This document shows positions 1-12,443 of a DNA stretch of 34,226 nt, piece by piece. The stretch lies in NCBI GenBank assembly GCA_051294375.1, contig CM119270.1:7073709-7107934 (forward strand), in the 5' to 3' direction. Source of the stretch: Paraspadella gotoi (taxonomy: Eukaryota; Animalia; Chaetognatha). The translations under genes and the position numbers were made by a program. The notes beneath the pieces were generated by a model. The model was not told where the DNA came from. It did no database searches and saw only the letters and a list, made by a program, of their open reading frames with translations. How positions within the stretch are numbered: position 1 is the first letter of the stretch; each line of letters begins with the position of its first letter.

Positions 1-225
1 TCTCTCTCTCTTTCTCTCTCTTTCTCTCTCTCTCTTTCTCCCCTTCTCCCAACGACCTCAACCTTTAATTCCCTCGTTACCAGAAAAAAAGTTTCCCTTT
101 AATTTTTTTCGGAACAAAAGAGGAAAAAGAAAAAAGGGCAAAAAAAAAAGAAAAAGAAAAAAAAGGAAACTCACGAAACTTTGGAAAGTAAGGAAACTCG
201 TAAGATATCGAAGATCGAAAGGTCA

Positions 226-257
<32 letters not shown>

Positions 258-367
258 CCTCTCTCTTCTTTCTTCTCTCCTCTATCTCTCTCTATCTATC
301 TCCCTCTATCTCTCTCTATTTCTCATCCTATTTCACTCTCTATTTCACTCTCTCCTCTGTCTCTTAC

Positions 368-466
368 CAGAAGCTCTTCAGGTTCGAGTATCCGCACGCC
401 TTCAACGGCAGGCTTACGGCCAATCCTTCGGGAAAATTTTGGATGCCGATTGCGATGGCCAGACTC
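368..466 (-). CDS. SLC39A11: ZIP11 coding exon 8, TM5 (SLAIAIGIQNFPEGLAVSLPLKACGYSNLKSFW); gene continues beyond position 1
   Basis: Acceptor ccctaccag|, donor TG|gtaag, 99 nt, phase 2-2. Contains the QNFPEGLAVSLPL TM5 motif typical of ZIP11/GufA. Confidence 0.97.
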
Positions 467-905
467 CTGGTAGGGGAAGGGGAAGGGGATTGGGTAGGGG
501 TAGGGAAATGGGAAGGGGATGTGGTAGGGGAAGGGGATGTGGAAGGGAAAGGGCAAGGGGAAGGCAAGGAGTAGAGTAAGAGGAAGGGTAAAGCAAAAAG
601 CTCTTTAAGAGAAAGGTAACGAATAAAACTTGAGATAAAATTTAAAAAAAAATAGCAGCATATTGAAGATTCCTATATAAAAGCGAAAAGAGGAATAAAA
701 AAACTCAAAATCCCCTTTTGAAGACTCTCTCCCTTCCCCTTTTCCTTTGATGACTTACTTTCTCTTCCCTTTTCTTAAAAAAAAATGAAACTTCACATAA
801 AATAAACTTTGTCTCAAAGAAAAAAAAGAAAGGAGAAAAAAAAATTTCGGGTCACAATTTATGGTGGATTTTTGGGAATTTTTTTTGTCGAGTGACGGAT
901 TTCCC

Positions 906-976
<71 letters not shown>

Positions 977-2394
977 AAATGGAAGGAAGGGTTGAGTTGA
1001 GTTGCCCGTCTGTCTTCATCACTAATTGTATTCAATACGTCAAGTTCACTTTATTCTTCCCGTCAACACGTCACTTCGTCCGCTCCATATTTATGATTTT
1101 ATTATGCAGTCCATAATTATAATTATAAAATTCCTTTAGTTTCCTTTTTTTTAAATATTAATGAATTTATACGTCCTAAGAGCGAAACCGATGTTAAAGT
1201 TAAAATCTTAACTACCAATGACTAATAGAACATTCATTAAAACAATATTGTTAACTCAATTACTGTTTCTTTGAATATCGCAATCCATCTAAGAATTGAA
1301 TGGAATACAACTATATAAACTATATATCGATTTTAAAGAAAAAGATTGTAACAAACCACAAAAACCACAACGACGACCACAACGAACAGATCGTCTCTCA
1401 CCACGACGATCGTCCTCAACCACAAAGCATCGGTTCGTCGTTAACTACGACGACGAAAAAAAAAGGGGAGGCGGCGTTATGTTTATGCAGTTATCGTCGA
1501 CGCGCCTATTAATTTAATTAATTCAATTAATTCAATTAATTCAATTAATTCGAGGCGAAACAATTTATGAGGCGAAAATTAAGTCGCGGAAAAAATCGGT
1601 GGGCGACGGCGACGGAAACGACGACGGCCACGACGACGACGACGACGACGACGACGCGGCCGACTCTTATCGGTTGCAAAGTCGATAACGATAACGAGGA
1701 CCAAAACGACAATGACAACTGAGCCAAAAGCGACAACGACGACAACGAAGACAACGACGAAAACAACAACATCGATAATCAAGACAATGCGATTAAAAAG
1801 GATTAAAAGGAAAAGACTTTGATAATGACGATGGTTTAAACAACGACGGCGACAACGACGACGACGACGACTTAATTTTCCGCGAATAATAATCAAGTTC
1901 CTTTTGCGCTCAAACGCTCTCGTCGACGCGTCACGCGAGAATATAAAATAATAACAACGACGACGACGACGACGACGACGAAAATGATCACAACAAAATA
2001 AACGTGCAATCAAAATCATAAAATCTGGTTCTATTCGATGCCAGAACCAAATGGAAAACTGATATCAGTCAACAATGGAACTGCAGGAAAATCAAAGCAC
2101 GAGCCTTCGCCGTTTGCCAAGCGGAACCGAGGACGAAGCAAAACCAACGATCATAACTGCAGGAAATTAGAAAACGTTTGTTTGAAATATATGTTATTTA
2201 TGTATGTATAAGGAACAGCAATATTAATTAGTATTTTTTCCGTTTTTTTCTCCCCAGTTTAAAATCTTTCGTATTTTCTCATTAATTTTATTTTCCGTCT
2301 TTAACCAACTGACCCCACCAATCGGTTTGGCGACTCACCCTACAACCCTTCCTCCCTTACCCCTTATCCCTCGCCCTACTGCCTTCATTCCCAC

Positions 2395-2461
2395 CTGGCG
2401 CTCTCAAAGGTGGCGCTAGGAGTTTTGCCGATGGCGGCGAAGCCAACGCCGACCGCCAAAC
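2395..2461 (-). CDS. SLC39A11: ZIP11 coding exon 7 (GLAVGVGFAAIGKTPSATFESAR)
   Basis: Acceptor cacaccag|, donor AG|gtggga, 67 nt, phase 1-2. Near-identical to ZIP11 GLAVGVGFGAIEKTASATFESAR. Confidence 0.96.
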
Positions 2462-2832
2462 CTGGTGTGAAGGATGGGTTGGGGGAAATGGGTGGAGGGA
2501 AAGATTGAAAATTGGGGGAAAGAGTGAAAATTGGGGACATGGATATAAGAATCGGGTAAGCCGTAAAGGGAGAAATAAGGAAGGAGAAAATAAAGTAAAG
2601 AATTGATTAATCGAATGAAAAGAATGTTTTTTGACGAAAATGGACAAAAACTGACATAAAACGGCACAAAGAATGTAAGGAAAGAAGATAAAGGAAAAAG
2701 AAAATAATAGTTTTTCAAACTTCACTACTACCATTCAATTGAACACGTCACCTTCCCGACTATTCATATCACTACAACAATTTTCATTAAAATTTCCTCA
2801 CAATATATTCCTCCGTCACCCCCCCCCCTCAC

Positions 2833-3043
2833 CCTCCGGGATGTTGTGAACAGTGATGGCGACGATTAGGAGGATGATTCGGCGCCAACTGGCGATGAGC
2901 CCGTTGTTGTTGTTGTTGTTGTTGCTATTGTTGTTGTTGCCCGGCTGAGACTCGGCCGGCGTCGTTTCCGTCGACTCCGCCTCCCCGGAGAAACCCGGCG
3001 GCGGCAGCGGCGGCGTCTCGGCGTCGTTCGGCGCCGGAAGATC
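2833..3043 (-). CDS. SLC39A11: ZIP11 coding exon 6: Pro/Glu/Asn-rich loop plus TM4 (DLPAPNDAETPPLPPPG...NNNNSNNNNNNNGLIASWRRIILLIVAITVHNIPE)
   Basis: Acceptor ctctccgcag|, donor G|gtgagg, 211 nt, phase 0-1. Contains SWRRIxLLIxAITxHNxPEG, the ZIP TM4 metal-binding motif. Absent from the ORF track. Confidence 0.95.
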
Positions 3044-3436
3044 CTGCGGAGAGAAATAAAGAAAAAGGAAAAAAAATGATTAATAGAAAATTAAGGTAAA
3101 AAAAAGGAAAAAAAAGTACATTATAAAGAAAGGGAAAATTATTTAAAGAAATAAAAAAAAATAAAAGAACAAAAAAATCGGTGTCCTTCCGAAAAAAAAA
3201 ATTGGAAACTTATTCGAGAAGAAACATATTTTTTAAGTCTTATAGTATAAGACTTTATATACTTTACTTTATACTTTAAATGAAGGTGAAAGGGAGAGAT
3301 GAAGAAAAAAAAAAGGAAGATGAAGGGAAGAGTCACGGACCAGAAATGAAAATGTTGAGGAAGGCGGCACTAAGAAATTTGGGCGTATATAGGAATACAG
3401 GAACGTATATAGAGAGTGAGTAGAAAGTAAGCTTGA

Positions 3437-3482
<46 letters not shown>

Positions 3483-3489
3483 AAAGTAA

Positions 3490-3559
<70 letters not shown>

Positions 3560-3576
3560 AGAGAAAGTAGGGAGAG

Positions 3577-3628
<52 letters not shown>

Positions 3629-4837
3629 GACGGCTCGCCAGGTAGAGTTTTTCCCCCAGGTCGAAAAAAAAAACCAGAGGGGGATATCGTGAGAAAGAAA
3701 GTGGCTGCTCACCTCGCGTCACGAAGGTAAAAAGGGAGGAAAGGAAAGAAAGGAGAGAAAAGGAAAGAAAAAGAAAACGAATAACGAATTCTCACATGCA
3801 TAAGTTATTTGAAGACAAAAATCCGGTGTAAAAATAGAAACGAGAAGAAACAGAAAGTAAGAAAAAATCGAGGGGGGGGGCGGGGGGAGAAATGGCGACC
3901 GAAACGAATGATATTCCTGCTCACGGTTAATGTGCAAGCGAGAGCGAGAGAGAAAAGAGAGAGAACGGCGAATTGTTCGGAGAAAGCGAAAAAAAGCGCA
4001 CAACTCTTTTTCCTTTCTTTCTCTATTTTTTTCTTTTCTTTTATTTTAAACTTTTCTTTTTTATCGAGATATTATCTTTCCACCCCGCCCCCAACTTCTT
4101 TCACCAGTCTCAACTTCTTCACCACGTCTCAACTTTCAATCTTCAACTTCTTGGCACAACTTTTGGCAAGGTAGGAGACTTACCCAAAACCCACACCTCA
4201 CATATCACACATTAGGGTTTCCAACGCCTCCTGACTCACCTCCACTCTTTAAGCTTAAGCTCAACGTTTCTAAAGCCCCACAAAAAAACTATAAATAAAT
4301 TTAAAAAATAGATAGTCTACTGTCTATGTCCGAGTTGATAAACGAAATTAAACGAACTTAAGAAGTCAAAAGGCGATAGAGAAAAAATGCATAAACCAAA
4401 TATGAAAGTCTCGGCCGAATAGAAAAGAATCCAATGATTTGTAGTAAAAGATATATAATACTATAATAAATGTCGGCGATAGGAAAAAGCCTCCTAGAAT
4501 TTCTCCATTTCCCCGTTTTTATCCACATCGATTAAAATCTCCTCGCGGCTCGTCTCCCTTTCTCATCCAGAGGCCGATCCCGACTCGGTTAACCATAATC
4601 TTTCGCAAAGAACTCGATTTGATATTTTGATCCAACGATTAGTTTTCCCCTCAAAGTCTCGTTTCAAATTTGAGAGGCAATCGTACGGAACAGCGCTTTT
4701 TGTCAGAGAGAATGACCTCCTCTCCCTCAGACAGCATCAAGGTTACCTTAACCAGACCAGACAATCCTCTCACCGACTTGACTCCCTTCCCTCGACTTCT
4801 TTCCTCCAAGCCAACTCTCAGAATCTTACCTATTCAG

Positions 4838-6233
4838 TAAGGCGTAGTAAAATTCCTAAATTCAACTTTAATTAAAATTCTAAAAGTGAGGAACGAACAA
4901 CATTATATTAATGAACATTTATGTAATAAAAAAATTTAGAATAAATTTTACAATTTATGCAGTAGGCCATATTTATCTAATACTAAACCAATAAATGTTA
5001 AAATTTCAAAACAGTTTTTTCTAAGATTTTTTTTGCAGATTTGGATTCGTCATAAAAAGTTGAATAAAAAGAAATATAACTTCTTTTTGAAAAATTCCTT
5101 CATTAAGTGGGTCAAAAATTAAAAAAAGCTATATCTCCATAAGCGTGTAAAACATATAAAGGATATAGTTTTAAGTGGTTATCGCGGCGTTGGAGATTCG
5201 AGGATTTCAGTCATCTTTGTCTTCGTTTTTATTAATTTTCCCAAATTTTTTTTTGTTCGCATACGGAGAATTCCAAGAGGAAAAAGACCTTTCAACTGGT
5301 TACTGAAAAATTGATGGTAGGTCTCACGGTATGGCCCGCACGAAATGAGAACAGTCTTCTTGAAACTGTTGAAGAAACATATTAGTTTGTTTACTTTCCT
5401 TGTTCGATAAAATCTGCCTTTTTATCATAAATTTAGATTCTAATTGATAGCTGGACTCCAATTTCTGCTGACAAAGGTCTTTACAGGCGGGCAACTATTA
5501 CCTTATTCAAAGACATTTGCTTGAAGAATTTTTGAGAGTCTCTCGTCTTTTCCTCGTCTCACTGTCTCTCTCTCACTCTCTCTCTCTGATTTTCATCCTA
5601 CATCGATCTGCTTCATCGCTCCTCACCTCCTGCATTCTTACTAACTCTTTCTTACCATTAGAAATGATTTGAATTTAGATGCAATTGTGGTTCTAATAAA
5701 ATGAACCAATCCGATATTTTGTATAAAAGTCGTTTGTTATCAATAGTTAATTAGGAATTAATTGTGAAAAAAAATTGAGAAAGGAAAGTTAGAAAAAAAT
5801 GTAAGGAAAAGAAATTTAAAAAAATCTGAAAATTTAAAAACGTAAGAAGGAGTTGCCGAAATCTTTTTTGGTTACTCGAGTGTGCGAAGAAAAGATATAC
5901 CCCGTTTAGCGTGATGTTAAGCTGATAATTAATTTTTTTTATATTAAATATAGTTTTTTTTAATTTTGAACCCACTTAATGAAAGAATTTTTCAAAATAA
6001 TTTATATTTTCTTTTATCAACTTTTGACGAGGAATTCAAATCTGCAATCAAAATTAAGAAAAGCCTATTTTGAAATTTTTCAATTTTATAAGGATAGTAC
6101 TATATATAAATATAGCCTACTGCGAAAATTAAAAAACATAAAATTATTTTTTTTTACAAATTAATGTTCACTGATGGTATGTTGATCATAATTGACTTTT
6201 AGAATTTTTGTATGCAACTTTCACTACGCCTTA
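4838..6233. mobile_element. Non-autonomous DNA transposon with long (~300 bp) imperfect TIRs and an 8-bp TSD (hAT- or MULE-like)
   Basis: CTATTCAG at 4830-4837 and 6234-6241 flanks perfect terminal 11-mers TAAGGCGTAGT/ACTACGCCTTA. Arms ~4838-5135 and ~5945-6233 align as reverse complements (e.g. gcagtaggc, gcagatttg, ttcattaagtgggt). Confidence 0.88.
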
Positions 6234-6314
6234 CTATTCAGCTCTGCCTTAAAACCCCTGCACCTTTCTGCCTTTCCTCCCTTTCTTCCTCTTCCCTCCC
6301 AGACTCCCTCTCAC

Positions 6315-6391
6315 CTTGCCCGACGTCTCCTCTCCCCGAGGATCGCGAAACTGGCGGGAAAATCCCAGGAAAGCGAGATAATGGGCGGGAC
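6315..6391 (-). CDS. SLC39A11: ZIP11 coding exon 5, loop (GPAHYLAFLGFSRQFRDPRGEETSGK)
   Basis: Acceptor ctctccattcag|, donor AAG|gtgaga, 77 nt, phase 1-0. It completes the frame between exon 4 and exon 6. Confidence 0.72.
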
Positions 6392-6589
6392 CTGAATGGA
6401 GAGGGAGAAGGGGAGGAATAGGGGAAGAGGGAGAGGAAAAGAGGGAGAGGAAAAGAGGGAGAAGAAAAGAAGAAAAAAATATTGTAGAAAAATGTGAAGT
6501 TGTCGTCGGCTGTCTGGATGAAAGACGGAAAAATCTTGCGGCAACAAAACACGAAAGAAAGTTTCGAAATCAGATTCCTGTCAATCCCT

Positions 6590-6672
<83 letters not shown>

Positions 6673-6680
6673 ATAACGAT

Positions 6681-7527
6681 GGAAACGAACCATATTTCGC
6701 TCGAGTTTCCATCGTGGCGTTCGCCCATTGACTTCCGGTTGACCGCGCGACCGAAAGCGAGAGGAATTTACACGAGGCAACAACCTCAACAATCTCTGGT
6801 CCCCTCCTTCCCCTGCCCTTCCCTGCTATTCCCTACGGTACCGTGTCGCCTGAAATATCCTTGCGTCCCCAGTTAATGCAGCCGGTCGCTTGCCTTACCC
6901 CGACCCGTGCCTTTTCTTTCTCTCCAGTTCCTCTTTTCTCCGCCGCATGTCCCCCAACTTCGACTGTCTCTCTCAACCTCCTTGTCAAGAGTCTCGGTGT
7001 CAAAAATAATATGAGCCGCAGCTGTGACTCAGTTGCCCAAGATAACTGTGATAAGTGATTGTGACAAGCAGCTTGAGATCATAGTGACAAGCAGTGAATC
7101 ATAATTGTATCATCATTGTGCCCAGTACCTGTTGATCATAGTGACAAGCAGTCTGTCATCATTGTGACAAGCAACCTTTGGTCACTGTGACAAGCAATCA
7201 GTCATCATTGTGACAAGGACCCCATAATCATTGTAACAATCAGCTTTTGTTACGCGAAAAAAGATTTTTTCCCCACACAATAAATCCACCAAAGAAATGA
7301 AAATGTGTGTGTATGTAGTAGGTACAATTAAATCGATCATTCTTTTAACGACAAAAAAAGATATAAATTTTTAACTTGTCGCCAAGAATCGACGTTTCTG
7401 GCCAACCGAAGCCTCGTATCAAACTCACATCTGTTCGCTTTCACATCGCGAATCGGAACAGCTGGACGGGATCAAAGCCGAGCGTGAGCCGGTCGAGGGA
7501 AACATCGAGCGAATTATACTTCGTTTC
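6681..7527. mobile_element. Degenerate inverted-repeat element (old MITE-like) enclosing a 22-23-bp tandem array
   Basis: The reverse complement of 6681-6778 aligns to 7411-7527. In the outer block, cgatggaaac-tcgagcgaaatatggttcgtttc versus cgagggaaacatcgagcgaattatacttcgtttc matches 29/34. No TSD found. Confidence 0.5.
7020..7245. repeat. Diverged ~22-23-bp tandem repeat, core TCATTGTGACAAGCA
   Basis: About 9-10 recurrences of tgtgacaag-like cores at regular spacing. Confidence 0.85.
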
Positions 7528-8070
7528 GCTCACCCGCTATAGCTATAGTTCTGTCTCGATCTTCCCCTCTCTTACCTACTCTGTCTCGATATCTCGCTCT
7601 CTCAATGTGTCTTCATCTCTCTCGCTCTCACTCTTTCCATCTCTCCATCTCTTTCACCATCTCGCTCTCTCGCTCTCTCGCTCTCACTCTCTTTCCCTCC
7701 TTGACCGGGAACTGACCTCAATCATCAGTTCGCTTCACTTATCCAAACGAAAAAAAAATTCTCCTCGGATAATCAATAATATTTAATTACACATTTAAAT
7801 TATGTTTATATTTTGTATTGTAAATTTATTTATTATATACATTAATTATTAATTAATCAATTTTTATCCTTATTCACCGACATTTATTTATTTTGATTTA
7901 TTTATCTACTGTTTATTTATCCAATGCTTATTTCGGTTTTATCTTTTTCGCTGCGAAAATTAATTTGAGACTCAGGAAATCCCGACAGAGATTCGTCAAT
8001 GTCTGTCTAACAACAGACACACAGACACTCTCTCTCTTTCTCTCTCTCTCTCTCTCGCTAATGTCCTTAC

Positions 8071-8110
8071 CGTGAGAGGATCGGTTCACTTCCTCCATTT
8101 TTCCTTGCAG
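8071..8110 (-). CDS. SLC39A11: ZIP11 coding exon 4, 40-nt loop microexon (LQGKMEEVNRSSH)
   Basis: Strong acceptor ttttattttcttatcag| and donor G|gtaagg. Phase 0-1 links exon 3 to the 6391 exon without stops. Supported by splice sites and phase only, since the loop is not conserved. Confidence 0.75.
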
Positions 8111-8922
8111 CTGATAAGAAAATAAAAGAAAAAGAGGAGGGGAGGGAGAAGAGAAAAAGAAAAGGAGAAAAGGGAAAGGAAATGAAAAGAGGAGAGGAGG
8201 ACGAGAAGGAGGAGAAAGAGGAGGAGGAGGATGAGAAGGAGGAGGAGAAGGAGGAGAAGGAGAAAGAGGAGGAAAAGAAAGAAGGAAAAAAGGAGGGAGC
8301 ATTGATTCGGGAATGGATTCAATGGCGAAACGAGATAACGCCTTCCGCAAGACTTTTTTTCTTTCCCGTCGAACTTAAAATGGCTTTTTTTTTGGGGAGG
8401 GGGGGCGAGTTTAAGATGGAGGCTGGGGAAATGAGGAAAGGAAACAGAGAACCAACGGAGTTCTCCTTATTTTTCACCCCCTCCATGTAGTAAATCGTTC
8501 AAAGGCTCAACCCCATTTCTTCGACGACCTGTAGGGTTTCTACCTGAGCCAAACCCAATAGTTTTGCCGTCTGAACGAAATTAAATCTAATACTTCATTG
8601 ATATGAATTATTTCCGTATTTAGTTAATTTTATCTTTTTCCTTCGTCGATAAAAGCATTAAGCCATTCTTATTTTTCCCCATTATCCTAGATGGAAACAT
8701 ACTTTTGCTCGGCATGATAACACCGAATGCCAAACAAATACCCTAATACAGAAGCCCGTTTTAACTAATTACTGATCCCTGACCCCAGCGACCTCTTTAT
8801 ACATTAATCTCTCACTTCTGAATTTCTAACACACCCCGAGTCCTCACCTCTTCAAAAAACCCAAAGACCCACCCGCCGCCCTTACCTCACTCGAAAAACC
8901 CCGCGCCCCACCGAAGTCTCAC

Positions 8923-9032
8923 CCTGGGCATCACCAAATCGGCGCCGACGACGAACAAAGCGCCGAGAAGAAAACCGGCGCCGACCGGAAGGAAGGAATA
9001 ATCGCCGTAGAGATTCGAATCCGCCGCCATTT
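8923..9032 (-). CDS. SLC39A11: ZIP11 coding exon 3, intact copy (EMAADSNLYGDYSFLPVGAGFLLGALFVVGADLVMPR)
   Basis: Acceptor gttccag|, donor AGG|gtgaga, 110 nt, phase 1-0. Matches ZIP11 TM3 (FFPVAVGFTLGAAFVYLADLLMP). Confidence 0.93.
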
Positions 9033-9807
9033 CTGGAACCGAGAGGTCGGGAAGGAGGGTGGGTAGGGAAAAGGGATGTGGAAGGTGAAGGGAGATGAGG
9101 TGGAAAAGGGAGAAGGAGGAGGAGGAGGAGGAGGAGCCAGGGAAGGAGGCAGTGGGGTAAAATTAGGGGGGGAGGGATGGGAGTCGTAAACGCCAATGAA
9201 GTACAAAAGCAGTTGGATGATTTTGAAGATATAGATAATGTATATATTAGATATATATATATATACATAAACATTATTAATCGCAATCAGCAGCGGATGA
9301 AAAGGAAGAAAGAAAAGTGGGAAGAGGAAAACATCATTAGTTCGAAGATTATTAATATGTAGAAAAATAGTAAAGAAATTATAAATCTTGGTAGAATTAA
9401 AGACCAAAAATTAAAAAGAAAAAGGGACTAAAAAATTTCATTAAATAAAAGGGGAAAAAATTGAGGGGAAAACTTTGAAAAAAAAATAATGAGCGATATT
9501 AAAAAAAAAAAAGAAAGAAGAAAAACGCGGAAAGAATTTTCTGTGAAATTCGAAAGAGATTATGAAAATTGGAGGAGAAGAAATGAAACGAAATCGACTA
9601 AGGAGAAAAAAAGGGAAGAAGAAAATTGATGTGAAGAAAATAAAAAAGAAAAAAAACTTGTGTTGACTGTTTAAGGAAAATAAAAAAAGAAAGAGATAAA
9701 GTGATATCCGAAGAAAAAAAAATTATGTAATAAATTCTCGATTGTGTTGGACAATTTTGTGCGTGACGCCCAAAGGTCGTTGAAATTTAGGAAGACTTTT
9801 CTTTCTT

Positions 9808-9839
<32 letters not shown>

Positions 9840-10090
9840 TCCCTCGAGCCATCAGCTATGTTCCCCAGAGGCGTATTTTAAGCCCCGGAAATGGGATATC
9901 ATGGCGTCTCCCTCTTCTATCCTTGCTTCAGTTTCATTCTCTCTCTCTCTTCTCTCTCTCTCTTTATCTTCTCTCTCTTCTACTCTCTATCTCTACTCTC
10001 TCTTCTCTCTCTCTTTTCATCTCTCTCTCTCTCTTCGCTTTTTTTGGCATTATTGCCGCGTGGTTTCTAGTGAAATTCAGTGTCTTCAAC

Positions 10091-10128
<38 letters not shown>

Positions 10129-10498
10129 CGACGATTGAGCGGATGACGACGAACTCCAAGAACCACCCTTGACCCATGGCTGGCCAAACGATCAATCTCC
10201 ATTTTGTCTTCAGATCTCCAGTTTTTTTTTCCTCTCGATTTTCGAGAAGAAATTCATCTCGTCTGGAGTTGAGCGAAGTCGAAGTTCGGCTTCGACTTGG
10301 ATGAACGAAATGAAGTGATTCATTTTAAAGAGAGACGGCTTGGATGAACGAAATGAAGTGATTCATTTTAGAAAAAGAGAGAGATGAAAAATTAATTTGA
10401 GACTCAGGAAATCCCGACAGAGATTCGTCAATGTCTGTCTAACAACGACACACAGACACTCTCTCTCTTTCTCTCTCTCTCTCTCGTAATGTCCTTAC

Positions 10499-10539
10499 CG
10501 TGAGAGGATTCGGTTCACTTCCTCCATTTTTCCTTGCAG
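10499..10539 (-). pseudogene. SLC39A11: Duplicate of ZIP11 exon 4 with a 1-nt insertion
   Basis: 41 nt versus 40 nt (gaggattcgg versus gaggatcgg on +). Same splice sites. Confidence 0.75.
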
Positions 10540-11347
10540 CTGATAAGAAAATAAAAGAAAAAGGAGGGGAGGGAGAAGAGAAAAAGAAAAGGAGAAAAGG
10601 GAAAGGAATGAAAAGAGGAGAGGAGTGAGAAGGAGGAGAAAGAGGAGGAGGAGGATGAGAGGAGGAGGAGAAGGAGGAGAAGGAGAAAGAGGAGGAAAAG
10701 GAAAGAAGGAAAAAGGAGGGAGCATTGATTCGGGAATGGATTCAATGGCGAAACGAGATAACGCCTTCGCAAGACTTTTTTTCTTTCCCGTCGAACTTAA
10801 AATGGCTTTTTTTTTTGGGAGGGGGGCGAGTTTAAGATGGAGGCTGGGAAATGAGAAAGGAAACAGAGAACCAACGGAGTTCTCCTATTTTTCACCCCCT
10901 CCATGTAGTAAATCGTTCAAAGGCTCAACCCCATTTCTTCGATGACCTGTAGGGTTTCTACCTGAGCCAAACCCAATAGTTTTGCCGTCTGAACGAAATT
11001 AAATCTAATACTTCATTGAATGAATTATTTCCGTATTTAGTTATTTATCTTTTTCCTTCGTCGATAAAAGCATTAGCCATTTTTATTTTTCCCCATTATC
11101 CTAGGTGGAAACATACCTTTTGCCCGGCTCATAACACCGAATGCCAAACAAATACCCTAATACAGAAGCCCGTTTTAACTAATTACTGATCCCTGACCCA
11201 GCGACCTCTTTATACATTAATCTCCACGTCAGCCACACTCACTTCTGATTTCTACCTCACCCCGAGTCCTCACCTCTTCAAAAAACCAAAGACCCACCCG
11301 CCGCCCTTACCTCACTCGAAAAACCCCGCGCCCCACCGAAGTCTCAC

Positions 11348-11456
11348 CCTGGGCATCACAAATCGGCGCCGACGACGAACAAAGCGCCGAGAAGAAAACC
11401 GGCGCCGACCGGAAGGAAGGAATAATCGCCGTAGAGATTCGAATCCGCCGCCATTT
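11348..11456 (-). pseudogene. SLC39A11: Duplicate of ZIP11 exon 3 with a 1-nt deletion creating an in-frame TGA
   Basis: 109 nt versus 110 nt. Reads GAT TTG TGA where the intact copy reads GAT TTG GTG ATG. Splice sites are intact. Confidence 0.85.
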
Positions 11457-12384
11457 CTGGAACCGAGAGGTCGGGAAGGAGGGTGGGTAGGGAAAAAGGG
11501 ATGTGGAAGGTGAAGGGAGATGAGGTGGAAAAGGGAGAGGAGGAGGAGGAGGAGGAGGAAGCCAGGGAAGGAGGCAGTGGGGTAAAATTAGGGGGGGAGG
11601 GATGAGAGTCGTAAACGCCAATGAAGTACAAAAGCAGTTGGATGATTTTGAAGATATAGATAATGTATATATTAGATATATATATATACATAAACATTAT
11701 TAATCGCAATCAGCAGCGGATGAAAAGGAAGAAAGAAAAGTGGGAAGAGGAAAACATCATTAGTTGAAGATTATTAATATGTAGAAAAAATAGTAAAGAA
11801 ATTATAAATCTTGTAGAATTAAAGACCAAAAATTAAAAAAAAGGGACTAAAAAATTTCATTAAATAAAAGGGAAAAAATTGAGGGGAAAACTTTGAAAAA
11901 AAAATAATGAGCGATATTAAAAAAAAAGAAAGAAAGAAAAACGCGGAAAGAATTTTCTGTGAAATTCGAAAGAGATTATGAAAATTGGAGGAGAAGAAAT
12001 GAAACGAAATCGACTAAGGAGAAAAAAAGGGAAGAAGAAAATTGATGTGAAGAAATAAAAAAGAAAAAAAACCTTGTGTGACTGTTTAAGGAAATAAAAA
12101 AAAGAAAGAGATAAAGTGATATCCGAGAAAAAAAAATTATGTAATAAATTCTCGATGTGTTGGACAATTTGTGCGTGACGCCCAAAGGTCGTTGAAATTT
12201 AGGAAGACTTTTCTTTCTTTCTCTCTCTCTCTCTCTGTCTCTCTCTCTCTCCCTCGAGCCATCAGCTATGTTCCCCAGAGGCGTATTTTAAGCCCCGGAA
12301 ATGGGATATCATGGCGTCTCCTCTTCTATCCTTGCTTCAGTTTCATTTCTCTCTCCTCTCTCTCTCTCTCTCTTTCCTCTCTTA

Positions 12385-12443
<59 letters not shown>

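Noticed and set aside
4490-4610. Minus-strand peptide ETSREEILIDVDKNGE, vaguely like the vertebrate ZIP11 loop
   Set aside because: It is flanked by stops with no usable acceptor/donor pair, and the frame is already complete without it.
7020-7245. Conserved core with variable linkers, CRISPR- or iteron-like
   Set aside because: Linkers are only ~8 bp and related to each other; this is an ordinary diverged minisatellite.
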